A stretch of 33,272 nucleotides of DNA, from assembly GCA_040905425.1 (NCBI GenBank), contig JBBDRO010000019.1, forward strand, positions 21,547-54,818, in the 5' to 3' direction. How positions within the stretch are numbered: position 1 is the first letter of the stretch; every line of letters begins with the position of its first letter. The stretch comes from Gemmatimonadota bacterium (GTDB lineage: Bacteria > Gemmatimonadota > Gemmatimonadetes > Longimicrobiales > RSA9). Positions 8,327-17,802 of the stretch are shown here, in pieces. Under the pieces are notes generated by a model, which saw only the letters and a list, made by a program, of their open reading frames with translations, was not told where the DNA came from and did not search any database. The translations under genes were made by a program, and so were the position numbers.

Positions 8327-9808
8327 ATGGAGCTGACCGCCGCGGAGGCGTGGGCACGCATTCTGGAGCGTGCCCGCCCCCTGCTTCCCGAACAGAACTT
8401 CCGCATCTGGCTCGAGCAGACCGAGCCCGTGGCCCTCTCACAGGACCAGCTCACCGTGGCCGCCGGCAGCGAATTTGCCGCCGATTGGATCGAGGACCAC
8501 TACGGCGAGCTCCTGGGAGAGATAGCGGAGCGTGTGTTCGGCGAGCCCGTGGGGATCACCTTCCGGCACGAGCCGGCCGGCGAAGACGGCACGAGCCCGG
8601 GCGCCCAGCAGGCCCAGGAACTCGGTCAGGCCACAGCGCAGACCGGCGCCGCCGCAGGTACCGCTCAACAGCCGGGAGCCCCACCTGCTCCGGCCGCTGC
8701 GGGCGGCATGGCCGAGCTACGTGACGCGGCCGCACAACCGGCGCCGGGGGATGGAGCGCGGCGCGTGCCCGCCGTCGCTTTCGGATCCCCGCTGAACGAG
8801 CGCTATTCCTTCGAGCGCTTCGTGGTGGGCAGCAACAACCAGCTGGCCGCCGCCGCCTGCCGGGCCGTTTCCGAAGCCCCCGCGCGCATGTACAACCCGC
8901 TCTTCATCTACGGCGGCGTGGGGCTGGGCAAGACGCACCTCATGCACGCCATCGGGCACGCGCTCCTGATCCGCTTCAGCGAGCGCCGCGTGGCCTACAT
9001 CTCGAGCGAGCGCTTCACCAACGACCTCATCTCCTCCATCCAGGAGGGGCGCATGTCCGACTTCCGGCGCCGCTACCGGGAGATCGATCTGCTCCTCATT
9101 GATGACGTCCAGTTCCTGGGGGAGAAGGAGCGCACGCAGGAGGAGTTCTTCCACACGTTCAACGCGCTGCACGACGCCAAGCGGCAGATCGTCATGACGA
9201 GCGACCGGCCCCCCAAGGAGATCCCGGGGCTGGAGGAGCGCCTGGTCTCGCGCTTCGAGTGGGGGCTGGTCACGGACATCAAGCCGCCGGACCTGGAGAC
9301 GCGCGTGGCCATCCTGCGCAAGAAGGCCGAGGATGACGCCATCGAGCTGGATGATGACATCCTGGACTTCATTGCGCGCAACTGCCGCTCCAACGTGCGC
9401 GAGCTGGAGGGCGCCGTGATCAAGCTGCTAGCTTATGCATCACTCACGCGCCGCGAGATCACACCGGAGCTGACGCGGGAGGCGCTCGGCGGTGTGCTGG
9501 GTGCGCCGGAGCGCAACGCCGAACTCTCGCCGCAGCTCATCCGCGAGCGCGTGGCTACGGCCTGGGGTGTGTCGGTGGACGGTCTGGCATCCAAGAAGCG
9601 CACCAAGGAGCTCACGGTGCCCCGCCAGGTGGCCATGTACCTCATTCGCGAGTTGCTGGACGTACCGCTCGTGGAGATCGGCAAGCTGTTCGGCGGCCGT
9701 GATCATTCCACGGTGATCCACTCCATCAACAAGGTGGAGGAAGACGTCCTGCAGAATGATGACTTCCGCGCGCGTGTGAACGGTCTGCGCACCGATCTGA
9801 GGGGTTGA
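8327..9808 (+). CDS. dnaA: Chromosomal replication initiator DnaA
   Basis: YNPLFIYGGVGLGKTHL, LLIDDVQF, QEEFFHTFN, SRFEWGL, NVRELEGA, GGRDHSTV; start set to MELTAAEAW. Confidence 0.98.
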   Translation: MELTAAEAWARILERARPLLPEQNFRIWLEQTEPVALSQDQLTVAAGSEFAADWIEDHYGELLGEIAERVFGEPVGITFRHEPAGEDGTSPGAQQAQELGQATAQTGAAAGTAQQPGAPPAPAAAGGMAELRDAAAQPAPGDGARRVPAVAFGSPLNERYSFERFVVGSNNQLAAAACRAVSEAPARMYNPLFIYGGVGLGKTHLMHAIGHALLIRFSERRVAYISSERFTNDLISSIQEGRMSDFRRRYREIDLLLIDDVQFLGEKERTQEEFFHTFNALHDAKRQIVMTSDRPPKEIPGLEERLVSRFEWGLVTDIKPPDLETRVAILRKKAEDDAIELDDDILDFIARNCRSNVRELEGAVIKLLAYASLTRREITPELTREALGGVLGAPERNAELSPQLIRERVATAWGVSVDGLASKKRTKELTVPRQVAMYLIRELLDVPLVEIGKLFGGRDHSTVIHSINKVEEDVLQNDDFRARVNGLRTDLRG

Positions 9809-10172
9809 GATGTCCCGTCCCGCCATGGCGCCGGAGGGGCCGAAAAGGCAGGCTGAAAACGCTGTGGATGGGGTGTGGACAAGCCGCCGGCTGTCCACAC
9901 CGCCGGGCGGGCTGTGGAGACTGTGGAGAGCCGGCGTGTGTCACCCACACGGTTCCCACACGGCCCGCGGAGCGCGGAGCCGGTGGAGGGCAGCGGAAAG
10001 TGGCGCGTTGGACGGACTTGTCCACGAATCCACAGCCCCTATTACTACTACGAATATTACATCTCTATTAAAGGCAGTGTAGTTTGCTGTGGAGTACGCG
10101 CCCCGGACGGCCCACCGGGAAGGCATACGGAGCGCGGGGCAGCACGGGCTCGCACGCCAACACGAGGGTTTC
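9809..10172. other. Chromosomal replication origin oriC
   Basis: DnaA-box-like 9-mers at 9863, 9874, 9891, 9913, 9922, 9941, 9952, 10018 and 10026, then GCCCC and TATTACTACTAC (DnaA-trio repeats) and an AT-rich stretch to ~10072; lies between dnaA and dnaN. Confidence 0.93.
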
Positions 10173-11285
10173 ATGAGACTCAAGATCACACGGGACAACC
10201 TGCAGCAGGGTCTGGCCGCCGTGGCCGCCAGCATCCCCACACGCACCACGCTCCCGGTGCTGTCCAACATCCTCCTGGAGGTCGGGCCCGACAGCGTGGC
10301 CATGAGCGGGACGGATCTGGACATTGCGGTGAGCGTGCGCGTTCCGGCCGAGGTGGAGGAGGAGGGCGCCCTCACCGTGCCCGCCAAGAAGCTCCAGGAG
10401 CTCGGTCGAGAGCTTCCGGAACACCCTGTCCGCATGAGCACCAAGGGTGACCGTCTGGAGCTCACCTGCGGCCGCGCGTCGTTCAAGCTGAATGGCATGC
10501 CAAGGGACGAGTTCCCGACCTTCCCCACGGTGGACTTCACCGATAGCTGGAAGGTTTCCGGTAAAGTACTCCACGAGCTCATCCGGCAGGTGGCCTTTGC
10601 TGTTTCCACCGAGGAGAGCCGGCCCATCCTGAACGGGGTGCTCTGGCAGCTCAGTGAGGAAGGCATGCGCATGGTGGCCACCAACGGGCACCGGCTGGCC
10701 ACCCTGGCCGTACGCACGGACTCGGCGGGCGCGCCCAAGGCCGATCTCATCGTACCGCCCAAGGCGCTCGACCAGGTGACGCGCCTCTTCAGCGCCGAGG
10801 ATGAGGTGGAGGTGGCCCGTAGTGAGAATCACCTGGCCTTTCGCAAGGAGGGGGTGGAGGTCTACACGCGGCTTATCGAGGGGCCGTATCCCAACTACGA
10901 CCAGGTCATCCCCAAGGACAACGACCGCGTGGCCACGGCCGCCAAGAGCAGCTTCCAGCAAGCGCTGCGGCGCATGGCCGTGGTGGCCAGTGACCAGACG
11001 CATCGCGTGCGCTTATCCTTCACCTCCGGCACCGTTCGCTTCAGCGTGGAGACGCCCGATCTGGGGGAGGCGCATGAGGATCTCGAGGTGGATTACACCG
11101 GCGATCCCATGGACATAGGGTTCAATGCCGCCTACCTGCTGGAGGTGATGCGCTACATGCCCTCGGATGACGTCAAGCTGTCCTTCAAGGCACCCGAGCG
11201 CGCCGCCATCATGCAGCCCGCGAACAACGGTGAGGACGGCCATGACTATCTCTGCCTGGTCATGCCGCTCCGCCTGCTGGAGTAG
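10173..11285 (+). CDS. dnaN: DNA polymerase III beta sliding clamp
   Basis: TTLPVLSNILL, GTDLD, ESRPILNG, VATNGHRLA, RLIEGPYPNY, IGFNAAYLLE, LVMPLRL. Confidence 0.98.
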   Translation: MRLKITRDNLQQGLAAVAASIPTRTTLPVLSNILLEVGPDSVAMSGTDLDIAVSVRVPAEVEEEGALTVPAKKLQELGRELPEHPVRMSTKGDRLELTCGRASFKLNGMPRDEFPTFPTVDFTDSWKVSGKVLHELIRQVAFAVSTEESRPILNGVLWQLSEEGMRMVATNGHRLATLAVRTDSAGAPKADLIVPPKALDQVTRLFSAEDEVEVARSENHLAFRKEGVEVYTRLIEGPYPNYDQVIPKDNDRVATAAKSSFQQALRRMAVVASDQTHRVRLSFTSGTVRFSVETPDLGEAHEDLEVDYTGDPMDIGFNAAYLLEVMRYMPSDDVKLSFKAPERAAIMQPANNGEDGHDYLCLVMPLRLLE

Positions 11286-11287
11286 CC

Positions 11288-11884
11288 ATGGCCGACCGGG
11301 ACATCCCCTACGAGATCCTGCGTCCCTTCACCCTGCCGGTGGCGGCCGTCACCGTCTCGGCACGCGGCGAGTGGAACGGGCTGATCGTGAACAGCGCGCA
11401 GCGGGCTTCACTGGTGCCGCACGTGCCGCGCCTGTCCCTCTACATTTCGAAGCCCAACGCCTCGCATGACATCCTCATGCGCAGCGGCCTCTTCGGCGTG
11501 CACCTGCTGCGGCGCGACCAGTTCGACCTGATCGAGAGGCTGGGGCTGCGCAGTCGCCGCGAGGATGCGGACAAGATGACGGGGCTGAAGTGGGTCCCCG
11601 GGGAGACGGGGCTCCCGCTCCTGGAGGACTGCATTGCCGGATTCGAGTGCCGGGTGGTCAACGCCATGGACGCTGGCGCCGCCACGTTCTTCCTGGGAGA
11701 AGTGGTGTCCGTGCACCACGGTCGGGAGGGGGAGATCATGACCAGTGACTTCTTCCGGGACAACGCGCCGGAGCGTATCCGGAGCGTCTACGCCGAACGG
11801 CTGAAGCAGGCCCAGGAATACCTGGCGCCGCTGGCTGAGACCATTGAGCCGGACCGCTGGAGCGGACCCACGGACCCCGTTTAA
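11288..11884 (+). CDS. Flavin reductase-like family protein
   Basis: PVAAVTV..GEWNGLIV, SGLFGVHLL, GETGLPLLEDCIAGFECRVV, AGAATFFLGEVV; starts 2 nt after the dnaN stop. Confidence 0.85.
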   Translation: MADRDIPYEILRPFTLPVAAVTVSARGEWNGLIVNSAQRASLVPHVPRLSLYISKPNASHDILMRSGLFGVHLLRRDQFDLIERLGLRSRREDADKMTGLKWVPGETGLPLLEDCIAGFECRVVNAMDAGAATFFLGEVVSVHHGREGEIMTSDFFRDNAPERIRSVYAERLKQAQEYLAPLAETIEPDRWSGPTDPV

Positions 11885-11926
11885 GCTTTAAGCGACGACC
11901 CCACGCACGTTACCGGCGTACTTCGT

Positions 11927-12499
11927 TCACACCGGATCCGTCAGCAGTTCCGTCACGTTGAAGAGCGCCGCCACCTTGTGGCCCGCCTCCTCGAGCGCCT
12001 GCCGGCCGCCTTCACCGCGGTCCACCACCGCCAGCACGCCGAGCACCTGGCCGCCGGCTTCCCGTACCGCGTCGATGGCGCGTAGCGCGCTGCCGCCCGT
12101 GGTGATGACGTCCTCTACCACCACCACGGCGCAGCCCCCCCCGAAGCAGCCTTCGATCAACCGCCCCTGGCCGTGCTCCTTGGGCGCCTTGCGCACCGTG
12201 AAGGCGTCCAGCCCCCGGCCCGCCACAGCCGCGGCGTGGGCAATGGCATAGGCCACTGGATCGGCACCCAGGGTGAGCCCGCCCACCGCGCGCGGCCGCC
12301 ACCCCATTTCGTCCAGCGTGGCCAGGCCCAGCCGCCCCACCAGGAGGAGACCCGCCCCCGACATGGTGGTCAGGCGCGCATCCACGTAGAAGCTGGACTT
12401 CTTACCGCTCGCCAGCGTGAAGTCTCCGGAATGGACGGATCGGAGGCGAAGCAGCTCCGCCAGCTTGAGCCGATCGCTCGTCGTGGTCGCTTCGCTCAT
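11927..12499 (-). CDS. pyrE: Orotate phosphoribosyltransferase
   Basis: GDFTLASGKKSSFYVD, GGLTLGADP, RKAPKEHG, VVEDVITTGGS PRPP-binding loop. Confidence 0.96.
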   Translation of the reverse strand: MSEATTTSDRLKLAELLRLRSVHSGDFTLASGKKSSFYVDARLTTMSGAGLLLVGRLGLATLDEMGWRPRAVGGLTLGADPVAYAIAHAAAVAGRGLDAFTVRKAPKEHGQGRLIEGCFGGGCAVVVVEDVITTGGSALRAIDAVREAGGQVLGVLAVVDRGEGGRQALEEAGHKVAALFNVTELLTDPV

Positions 12500-12792
12500 G
12501 CTTCCGTCTCCCGCGGCTCCCGCCACAGCTCGGTCCGGCCCGCGCCGAAGCCCTCCAGGTCATCCCGCGCCTGGCGGATTTCGGGCCGGGCGGGGAGGTC
12601 CCCCTCCTCTTGCCATTCCACGAATTCCAGCCACAGCCCCGGTTCGTCCGCGTGACGGAAGATCCAGGCCCGACCCCCGGCGCCCTCTACCGCCGCCCGC
12701 ACCCGGTTCCAGGCGCGCAGGTAGTGCGTGCTCGCGGGGGCGCCCACCGGACGGCGGGTGGCCAGCAGCTGACGAACCGATCCGTGGGTCAT
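12496..12792 (-). CDS. Hypothetical small protein
   Basis: 98-aa ORF with ATGA overlap to pyrE and protein-like sequence (AWIFRHADEPGLWLEFVEW). Confidence 0.65.
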   Translation of the reverse strand: MTHGSVRQLLATRRPVGAPASTHYLRAWNRVRAAVEGAGGRAWIFRHADEPGLWLEFVEWQEEGDLPARPEIRQARDDLEGFGAGRTELWREPRETEA

Positions 12793-12847
12793 GCGGGAAT
12801 AGTGGCAGACTGGCGCATCTTCGCAAGGTGACTACCTTGGCCCGTCC

Positions 12848-13795
12848 ATGACGAATCACGCCTTCGATCGCGAGCGCATGCGCAGGGAAGTGGCGGCCGG
12901 CCTCGGCCGCACGCCCCGCGAGATCTCGCCCAAGTATTTCTACGACGAGCGCGGCTCCCGCCTCTTCGACGAGATCACCCGGCTCGACGAATACTACCCC
13001 ACGCGCACCGAACGGGAGCTGCTCGAGCGCTTTTCCACCGTCTGGATCACGGGCGTAAGACCTCACTGCCTCGTCGAGCTCGGTGCGGGCAGCGCCGACA
13101 AGACCCGCATCCTGCTGGACGCCATGCACGCGGCCGGCACGGCCGAGCTCTACGTACCGGTGGACATCAGCGCCGACTACCTGGAGGACGTGGCGGCGGG
13201 TGTGGACCGCGCCTATCCGGAGCTCGAGGTGCGCCCGGCCGTGGCGGATCTCACCGGGGAGCTGGCTCTGGACGGCGCCCTGCCACGCCCCCTGGTGGTG
13301 GCCTTCCTGGGCAGCACTCTCGGCAACTTCGACCGGGAGGCGGCGGGAGGCCTGCTGCGGCGGGTCAGGGCGCTGCTCCGCCCCGGGGACCGGTTCCTGC
13401 TGGGCCTGGACCTGGTGAAGCAGCCCGCCGTGCTGGAGGCGGCCTACAACGATGCGGATGGTGTCACGGCCGCGTTCAACCTGAACGTGCTGGACGTGCT
13501 GAACCGGGAACTCGGGGCGGACTTCCGACCGGAGGCCTTCCGCCACCACGCTTTCTGGAATGCGGAGGAAAGCCGCATCGAGATGCACCTGGTGACGGAC
13601 CAGCCGCAGACGGTGTCCATCCCCGGCGTGGGGACCGTTGAATTCGCCGCGGGCGAGCACCTGCGCACGGAGATCTCACGCAAGTTCAACCGCCCGGGCG
13701 TGGAAGCCATGCTGGCCGCGGCCGGCCTGCGCCTGGTGCGCTGGGAAACCGACGTTCGTGACTGGTTCGCCCTGGCCGTGGGCGCGCCCGCCTGA
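12848..13795 (+). CDS. egtD: L-histidine N-alpha-methyltransferase EgtD
   Basis: PKYFYDERGSRLFDEITRLDEYYPTRTE, ELGAGSADKT, FLGSTLGNF, AAYNDADGVTAAFNLN, RIEMHL, TEISRKF. Confidence 0.95.
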   Translation: MTNHAFDRERMRREVAAGLGRTPREISPKYFYDERGSRLFDEITRLDEYYPTRTERELLERFSTVWITGVRPHCLVELGAGSADKTRILLDAMHAAGTAELYVPVDISADYLEDVAAGVDRAYPELEVRPAVADLTGELALDGALPRPLVVAFLGSTLGNFDREAAGGLLRRVRALLRPGDRFLLGLDLVKQPAVLEAAYNDADGVTAAFNLNVLDVLNRELGADFRPEAFRHHAFWNAEESRIEMHLVTDQPQTVSIPGVGTVEFAAGEHLRTEISRKFNRPGVEAMLAAAGLRLVRWETDVRDWFALAVGAPA

Positions 13796-13821
13796 TCAGG
13801 CGCGGCGCTGCGTGCGTGGCT

Positions 13822-16632
13822 TCAGGGCCGGTAGGAGAGCGCCAGGTAGAAGCTGCCGAAGCGCGAGCGCCGAGCGGAGTCCGTGATCTCCATGCCGCCG
13901 CCGAGGCGGGCGCTCATGCCGGGAATCAGCCACTCCAGCCGGGCGTCGTCGGCAAAGAAGGTCTTCTCCGCCCCAATCACCACGGTCAGGTGGTCTCCCG
14001 AAGGGTAGGTCCGGGTGGCCCAGACGTATGCCGTGGGAAGCCCGAAAATGGCGTAGTCCACACGCGCGGCCGCCATGCGCTCGCCACCGCGCGCCGCCGC
14101 TTCGAGCGCCGGCATGGGTACCTGCTGGGCCGCCGCGTCGGGATCCAGCAACGGCGAAGCGGGTCCGCCCACGCTGAAGTGCTCGAAGGGATCCGGTGAG
14201 CCGAGCAGGGCGCCCCCCACTACCGTGGCGCGAAAATGACCCGCGTTTTCCGCCCGCGCCTCCAGGCCTACCGCAGCCTGCAGGCGCAGCCAGCGGTCCC
14301 CACCCGTCCAACCCGCCTCCGTGCGGGCGCGGGAGAACAATGCCAGGTGGAGGGCCCCCACGTCGAAGTTCCGCTGCAGTCCACCCCTGCCGAAGGCGGT
14401 GGCCCGGCTGGCGTTGCCTCGCTCGGCGCTCAGATGGCCCAGTGTGATCCCGGCGGCGATCGTGGTGCCCCGTCCAACTCCCGGGCCATCGCCCGCTCGC
14501 ACCAGGGCACCCGCGTAGGTCATGTCCAGATCGGGCGCCGCATACCCCGGCATCCCCGTCCGGGACGGCCGCTGCTCGACCACGAAGCCGTGCACGGTGA
14601 GGTTGGGTAGCCGGTCGCGCCACACCACCGTGGTGCTGGCACCCCGCCAGACCTCGCCCCTGCCCAGGGCGCCATCCAGACTCCACGTCAGGCGGCGCAG
14701 CAGATCCCGGTTGCGGAAGGTCAGGGTGAGCAGGGAGGCCTCCGGGCCGTGCACCACACCGGGCAGCAGATCCTGGAGCCGTGTTCCCCGGCCGTAGGGC
14801 CGCGAGGGTGGGGCGGTAGCCACCGCCAGCTCCGGCAGCGGCCGCGTGCGCGCCGGCACGGCGGGGGCCAGACTGCTGGGCAGGGTCACGCCGCGCCCCG
14901 CCGGCCGCTCGCGCATGGAGACACGGCGCAGGTCCAGACCCTCCGGGTGGAGGGCCATGAAGAGGACCGCGTCGTCGGGTGTGGGGATGGGCCAGAACGC
15001 GCCCGTGATGAGCCGGGTGAGTGGCTGCTCGCCGCCGGTCGCGGGATTCAGCAGGGTCACGTTGGCCACGCCCCCCGCCTCCGAGACCACCAGCAGACGG
15101 TCCGGGCCGGCAAAGGCCGGATCGTAACGGTTCACGCCGTCCACGGGATCCACGTACCGGAGCTCGCCGCCGGCGGGATTCACGAGGGCAATGCGCGCCC
15201 GCCCCTCCACCTGCACTCCTACCACGATCGACTGCCCATCCGGCGCCCAGCGAGGGCGCGCCAGAATGCGCTCGGGGGAGCCGGTGGCCAGCCGCACCAC
15301 CGTGCCGGTGGCCAGGTCCACGCGCACCAGGTCCGTGATGCCTCCCGTCATGCGCACGCCCACCGCGCTCCGGCCGTCGGGCGAGGGATCGGCTTCGCGC
15401 ACGCCGGCGCCGTGTGTGATACGCGTGACTTCCCCGGTGCGCCAACCCCAGAGAAAGAGGTCGTGTACCTGGCCGTGCGGCTCCACCGGGGCCTGGCGCG
15501 CCAGCAGTACCCGCTCTCCGTCCGGCATGAAGCGCGGCGATTCGTGCCCGCGCCCGGCCTCGGGGCTCAGGGCCTCGAGCAGGGACAGGTCAGCCGCACG
15601 CCGCAGCTCGATGCGCGGCGCCCCGTCCGCGGGGCGTATGGCCAGGGCCAGGAGCGCGCCGTCGGCGGAGAGCGCCGGATCGCCCGCCTCAGTCCCGTCC
15701 AGGCGCCAGTTGAAATGGTGCAGGTGCTCCCCTTCGTGCAGTCCCCCCGACGCGATCACCTCCACCGCCAGCGCGGCGCGCTGACTGACGGCCTGTCTGA
15801 ACCACTCGTAGTGCAGCGCGGCGGGCGCGCCGAACACCTCCTCGAAAGCGGTGTCGAAGTCCGGGCCGCCGGGTTCGGCCAGGCGCAGGAGGAGTGTGGT
15901 GATGGCATCGTCTCCGGCGCTGGCGAGCAGGTGCTCCAGGAAGGCGGCGCCCACCAGGTAGGCCATGTTGGCACCCAGGAACTCCTCCGAGAAGTTCATG
16001 GCCGCGTACGTGGGCATGCGGCCGGCGGCGCCCCAGGTGCGCAGCACCGCCGCCCGGAACACCGAGGCCGCAGCGTTGCTGCCCGTCAGACGCGCCTCCA
16101 CCAGCGTTGCGAACCCCTCCGTAAGCCAGCGCGGCGCCTTGCCGGCGATCGGGCCGATGCGGAACGGCCGCAACCATTCCAGCAGACCGCTGCCGCTGCC
16201 GCCCGCTACGGCGCTCTGCACGGCGTGCGTCAGCTCGTGCGCCGCCAGCACCTCCGGCCACGCCCTGCCGGCCACCGTCCAGCGTGGCTCCATGGGCGTG
16301 GGATCGAGCATCATGATGGGACCCGACAGGAAGGGCAGGACCTGGCCGCCGGGGGTGTTGCCGGCGTCATCCACGATGATGGTCATGGGCGCGTCCGGGG
16401 AGAAGCCCACCTCCCGGGTCACGGCGTCATAGAGACCATCCATGCGGGCGGCCAGCCACTCGGTCCAGCGCTCCACGTCCGCCGTGTAGAGCACGCGGAA
16501 ATGGTCGGTCTCGAGCCTGCGCCACTCCGCGTGGGGGGGCGCCAGCTGCGCCAGCTGTGCGTGCCCCGCCGCCGGCAGGCACAGGAATGCCGCCAGGACG
16601 GCCGGCAACACCCGGACCGTGGTTCGACTCAA
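13822..16632 (-). CDS. Secreted multidomain protein: HExxH metallopeptidase-like + TolB/PD40 beta-propeller + C-terminal beta-rich domain
   Basis: Signal peptide ending AHA-Q, WRRLETDHFRVLY, AHELTH...WLTEGFA, PD40-like repeats (PALSADG, PRFMPDG, PSPDG, PRWAPDG), amphipathic C-terminal strands; TTG start overlaps the rho stop. Confidence 0.8.
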   Translation of the reverse strand: MSRTTVRVLPAVLAAFLCLPAAGHAQLAQLAPPHAEWRRLETDHFRVLYTADVERWTEWLAARMDGLYDAVTREVGFSPDAPMTIIVDDAGNTPGGQVLPFLSGPIMMLDPTPMEPRWTVAGRAWPEVLAAHELTHAVQSAVAGGSGSGLLEWLRPFRIGPIAGKAPRWLTEGFATLVEARLTGSNAAASVFRAAVLRTWGAAGRMPTYAAMNFSEEFLGANMAYLVGAAFLEHLLASAGDDAITTLLLRLAEPGGPDFDTAFEEVFGAPAALHYEWFRQAVSQRAALAVEVIASGGLHEGEHLHHFNWRLDGTEAGDPALSADGALLALAIRPADGAPRIELRRAADLSLLEALSPEAGRGHESPRFMPDGERVLLARQAPVEPHGQVHDLFLWGWRTGEVTRITHGAGVREADPSPDGRSAVGVRMTGGITDLVRVDLATGTVVRLATGSPERILARPRWAPDGQSIVVGVQVEGRARIALVNPAGGELRYVDPVDGVNRYDPAFAGPDRLLVVSEAGGVANVTLLNPATGGEQPLTRLITGAFWPIPTPDDAVLFMALHPEGLDLRRVSMRERPAGRGVTLPSSLAPAVPARTRPLPELAVATAPPSRPYGRGTRLQDLLPGVVHGPEASLLTLTFRNRDLLRRLTWSLDGALGRGEVWRGASTTVVWRDRLPNLTVHGFVVEQRPSRTGMPGYAAPDLDMTYAGALVRAGDGPGVGRGTTIAAGITLGHLSAERGNASRATAFGRGGLQRNFDVGALHLALFSRARTEAGWTGGDRWLRLQAAVGLEARAENAGHFRATVVGGALLGSPDPFEHFSVGGPASPLLDPDAAAQQVPMPALEAAARGGERMAAARVDYAIFGLPTAYVWATRTYPSGDHLTVVIGAEKTFFADDARLEWLIPGMSARLGGGMEITDSARRSRFGSFYLALSYRP

Positions 16633-17771
16633 GGGTTGCCGGCTATCTGCTCCACCAGTTCCGCGTTGGTCTTGGTGCGCCGCATGCGGGCCAGCAGCTG
16701 CTCCATGGCCTCGGGTGAGGACATGTCCGAAAGATCCCGGCGCAGCAAACGCGCGGCGGTGAGCCCCTGCTCCGAGAAAAGCAGTTCTTCGCGGCGCGTG
16801 GCGCTGGGGTTGATGTCGATGGCCGGCCAGATGCGTCGATCGGCCAGCTCACGGGAGAGCACCAGTTCGCTGTTGCCCGTCCCCTTGAACTCCTCGAAGA
16901 TGACGTCATCCATGCGCGAGCCCGTCTCGATCAGCGCGGTGGCGATGATGGTGAGCGAGCCACCACCCTGCTCCGGATCGATCTTGCGGGCGCTGCCGAG
17001 GAAGCGCTTGGGCTTGTCCAGCGACGTGGCGTCCAGGCCGCCCGTAAGCGTCTTGCCGCTGCCGCGCTCGGACGTGTTGTAGGCGCGGGCCAGGCGCGTG
17101 ATGGAGTCCAGAATGATCACCACGTCCTCGCCCAGCTCGGCCCGGCGCCGGGCGCGCTCGAGCGTCATTTCGGCAATGGCCACGTGCCGGTCCGCCGGGT
17201 AGTCGAAGCTGGACGCGATCACCTCACCGTAGCCGCACATCTCCATCTCGGTGACTTCCTCAGGCCGCTCGTCCACCAGCAGGATGAACACGGAGGCCTG
17301 CGGATAGTTCTTGACGATCCCCTCGGCCACGGCCTGCAGGACCATGGTCTTGCCCGCCTTGGCCGGTGCCACGATGAGTGCGCGCTGGCCCTTGCCGAGC
17401 GGACAGATCAGATCGATGACCCGGTTGGTATAGTCGGTCTTGCCGTTCCGCTCCAGTCCACACTCCAGGACGAGATGTTCGTTCGGATGCTGGGCACTCA
17501 GCCGGTTGAACTCGGAGCGCCGCGCCACCTCGTCCGGCGGGTGTCCGTTGACCAGGTCCAGGCGGGCGAGCGGCGGATTCTTGCCCCGCCCGGGGGACTG
17601 TCCGGCCTCGCCCCACAGCTCGTCGCCGGTACGCAGGCGGAACTTCTGGATGAGCTTGCGGTCCACGTAGATGTCGTCGTCGCCAGGCAGATAGCCGGCG
17701 TCCCGTCGGCGGATGAAGGCCGCGCCGCTGGAAGTGATGTCGAGAACCCCGAGGGGTGCTTCGTTGCTCAC
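16629..17771 (-). CDS. rho: Transcription termination factor Rho, short form lacking the N-terminal helical bundle
   Basis: DDIYV, GKGQRALIVAPAKAGKT, DERPEEVT, LDSITRLARAYN, SGKTLTGG, EEFKGTGN, SATRREE; likely start GTG 17771 (380 aa), since the upstream ORF extension is low-complexity. Confidence 0.92.
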   Translation of the reverse strand: MSNEAPLGVLDITSSGAAFIRRRDAGYLPGDDDIYVDRKLIQKFRLRTGDELWGEAGQSPGRGKNPPLARLDLVNGHPPDEVARRSEFNRLSAQHPNEHLVLECGLERNGKTDYTNRVIDLICPLGKGQRALIVAPAKAGKTMVLQAVAEGIVKNYPQASVFILLVDERPEEVTEMEMCGYGEVIASSFDYPADRHVAIAEMTLERARRRAELGEDVVIILDSITRLARAYNTSERGSGKTLTGGLDATSLDKPKRFLGSARKIDPEQGGGSLTIIATALIETGSRMDDVIFEEFKGTGNSELVLSRELADRRIWPAIDINPSATRREELLFSEQGLTAARLLRRDLSDMSSPEAMEQLLARMRRTKTNAELVEQIAGNP

Positions 17772-17802
17772 GCTGTTTGTCTCTTCGTTTGAGATGAGAA
17801 GC

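Noticed and set aside
11870..11941. Convergent flavin reductase and PyrE both end in TDPV
   Set aside because: Codons differ and the match is only 4 residues; treated as coincidence
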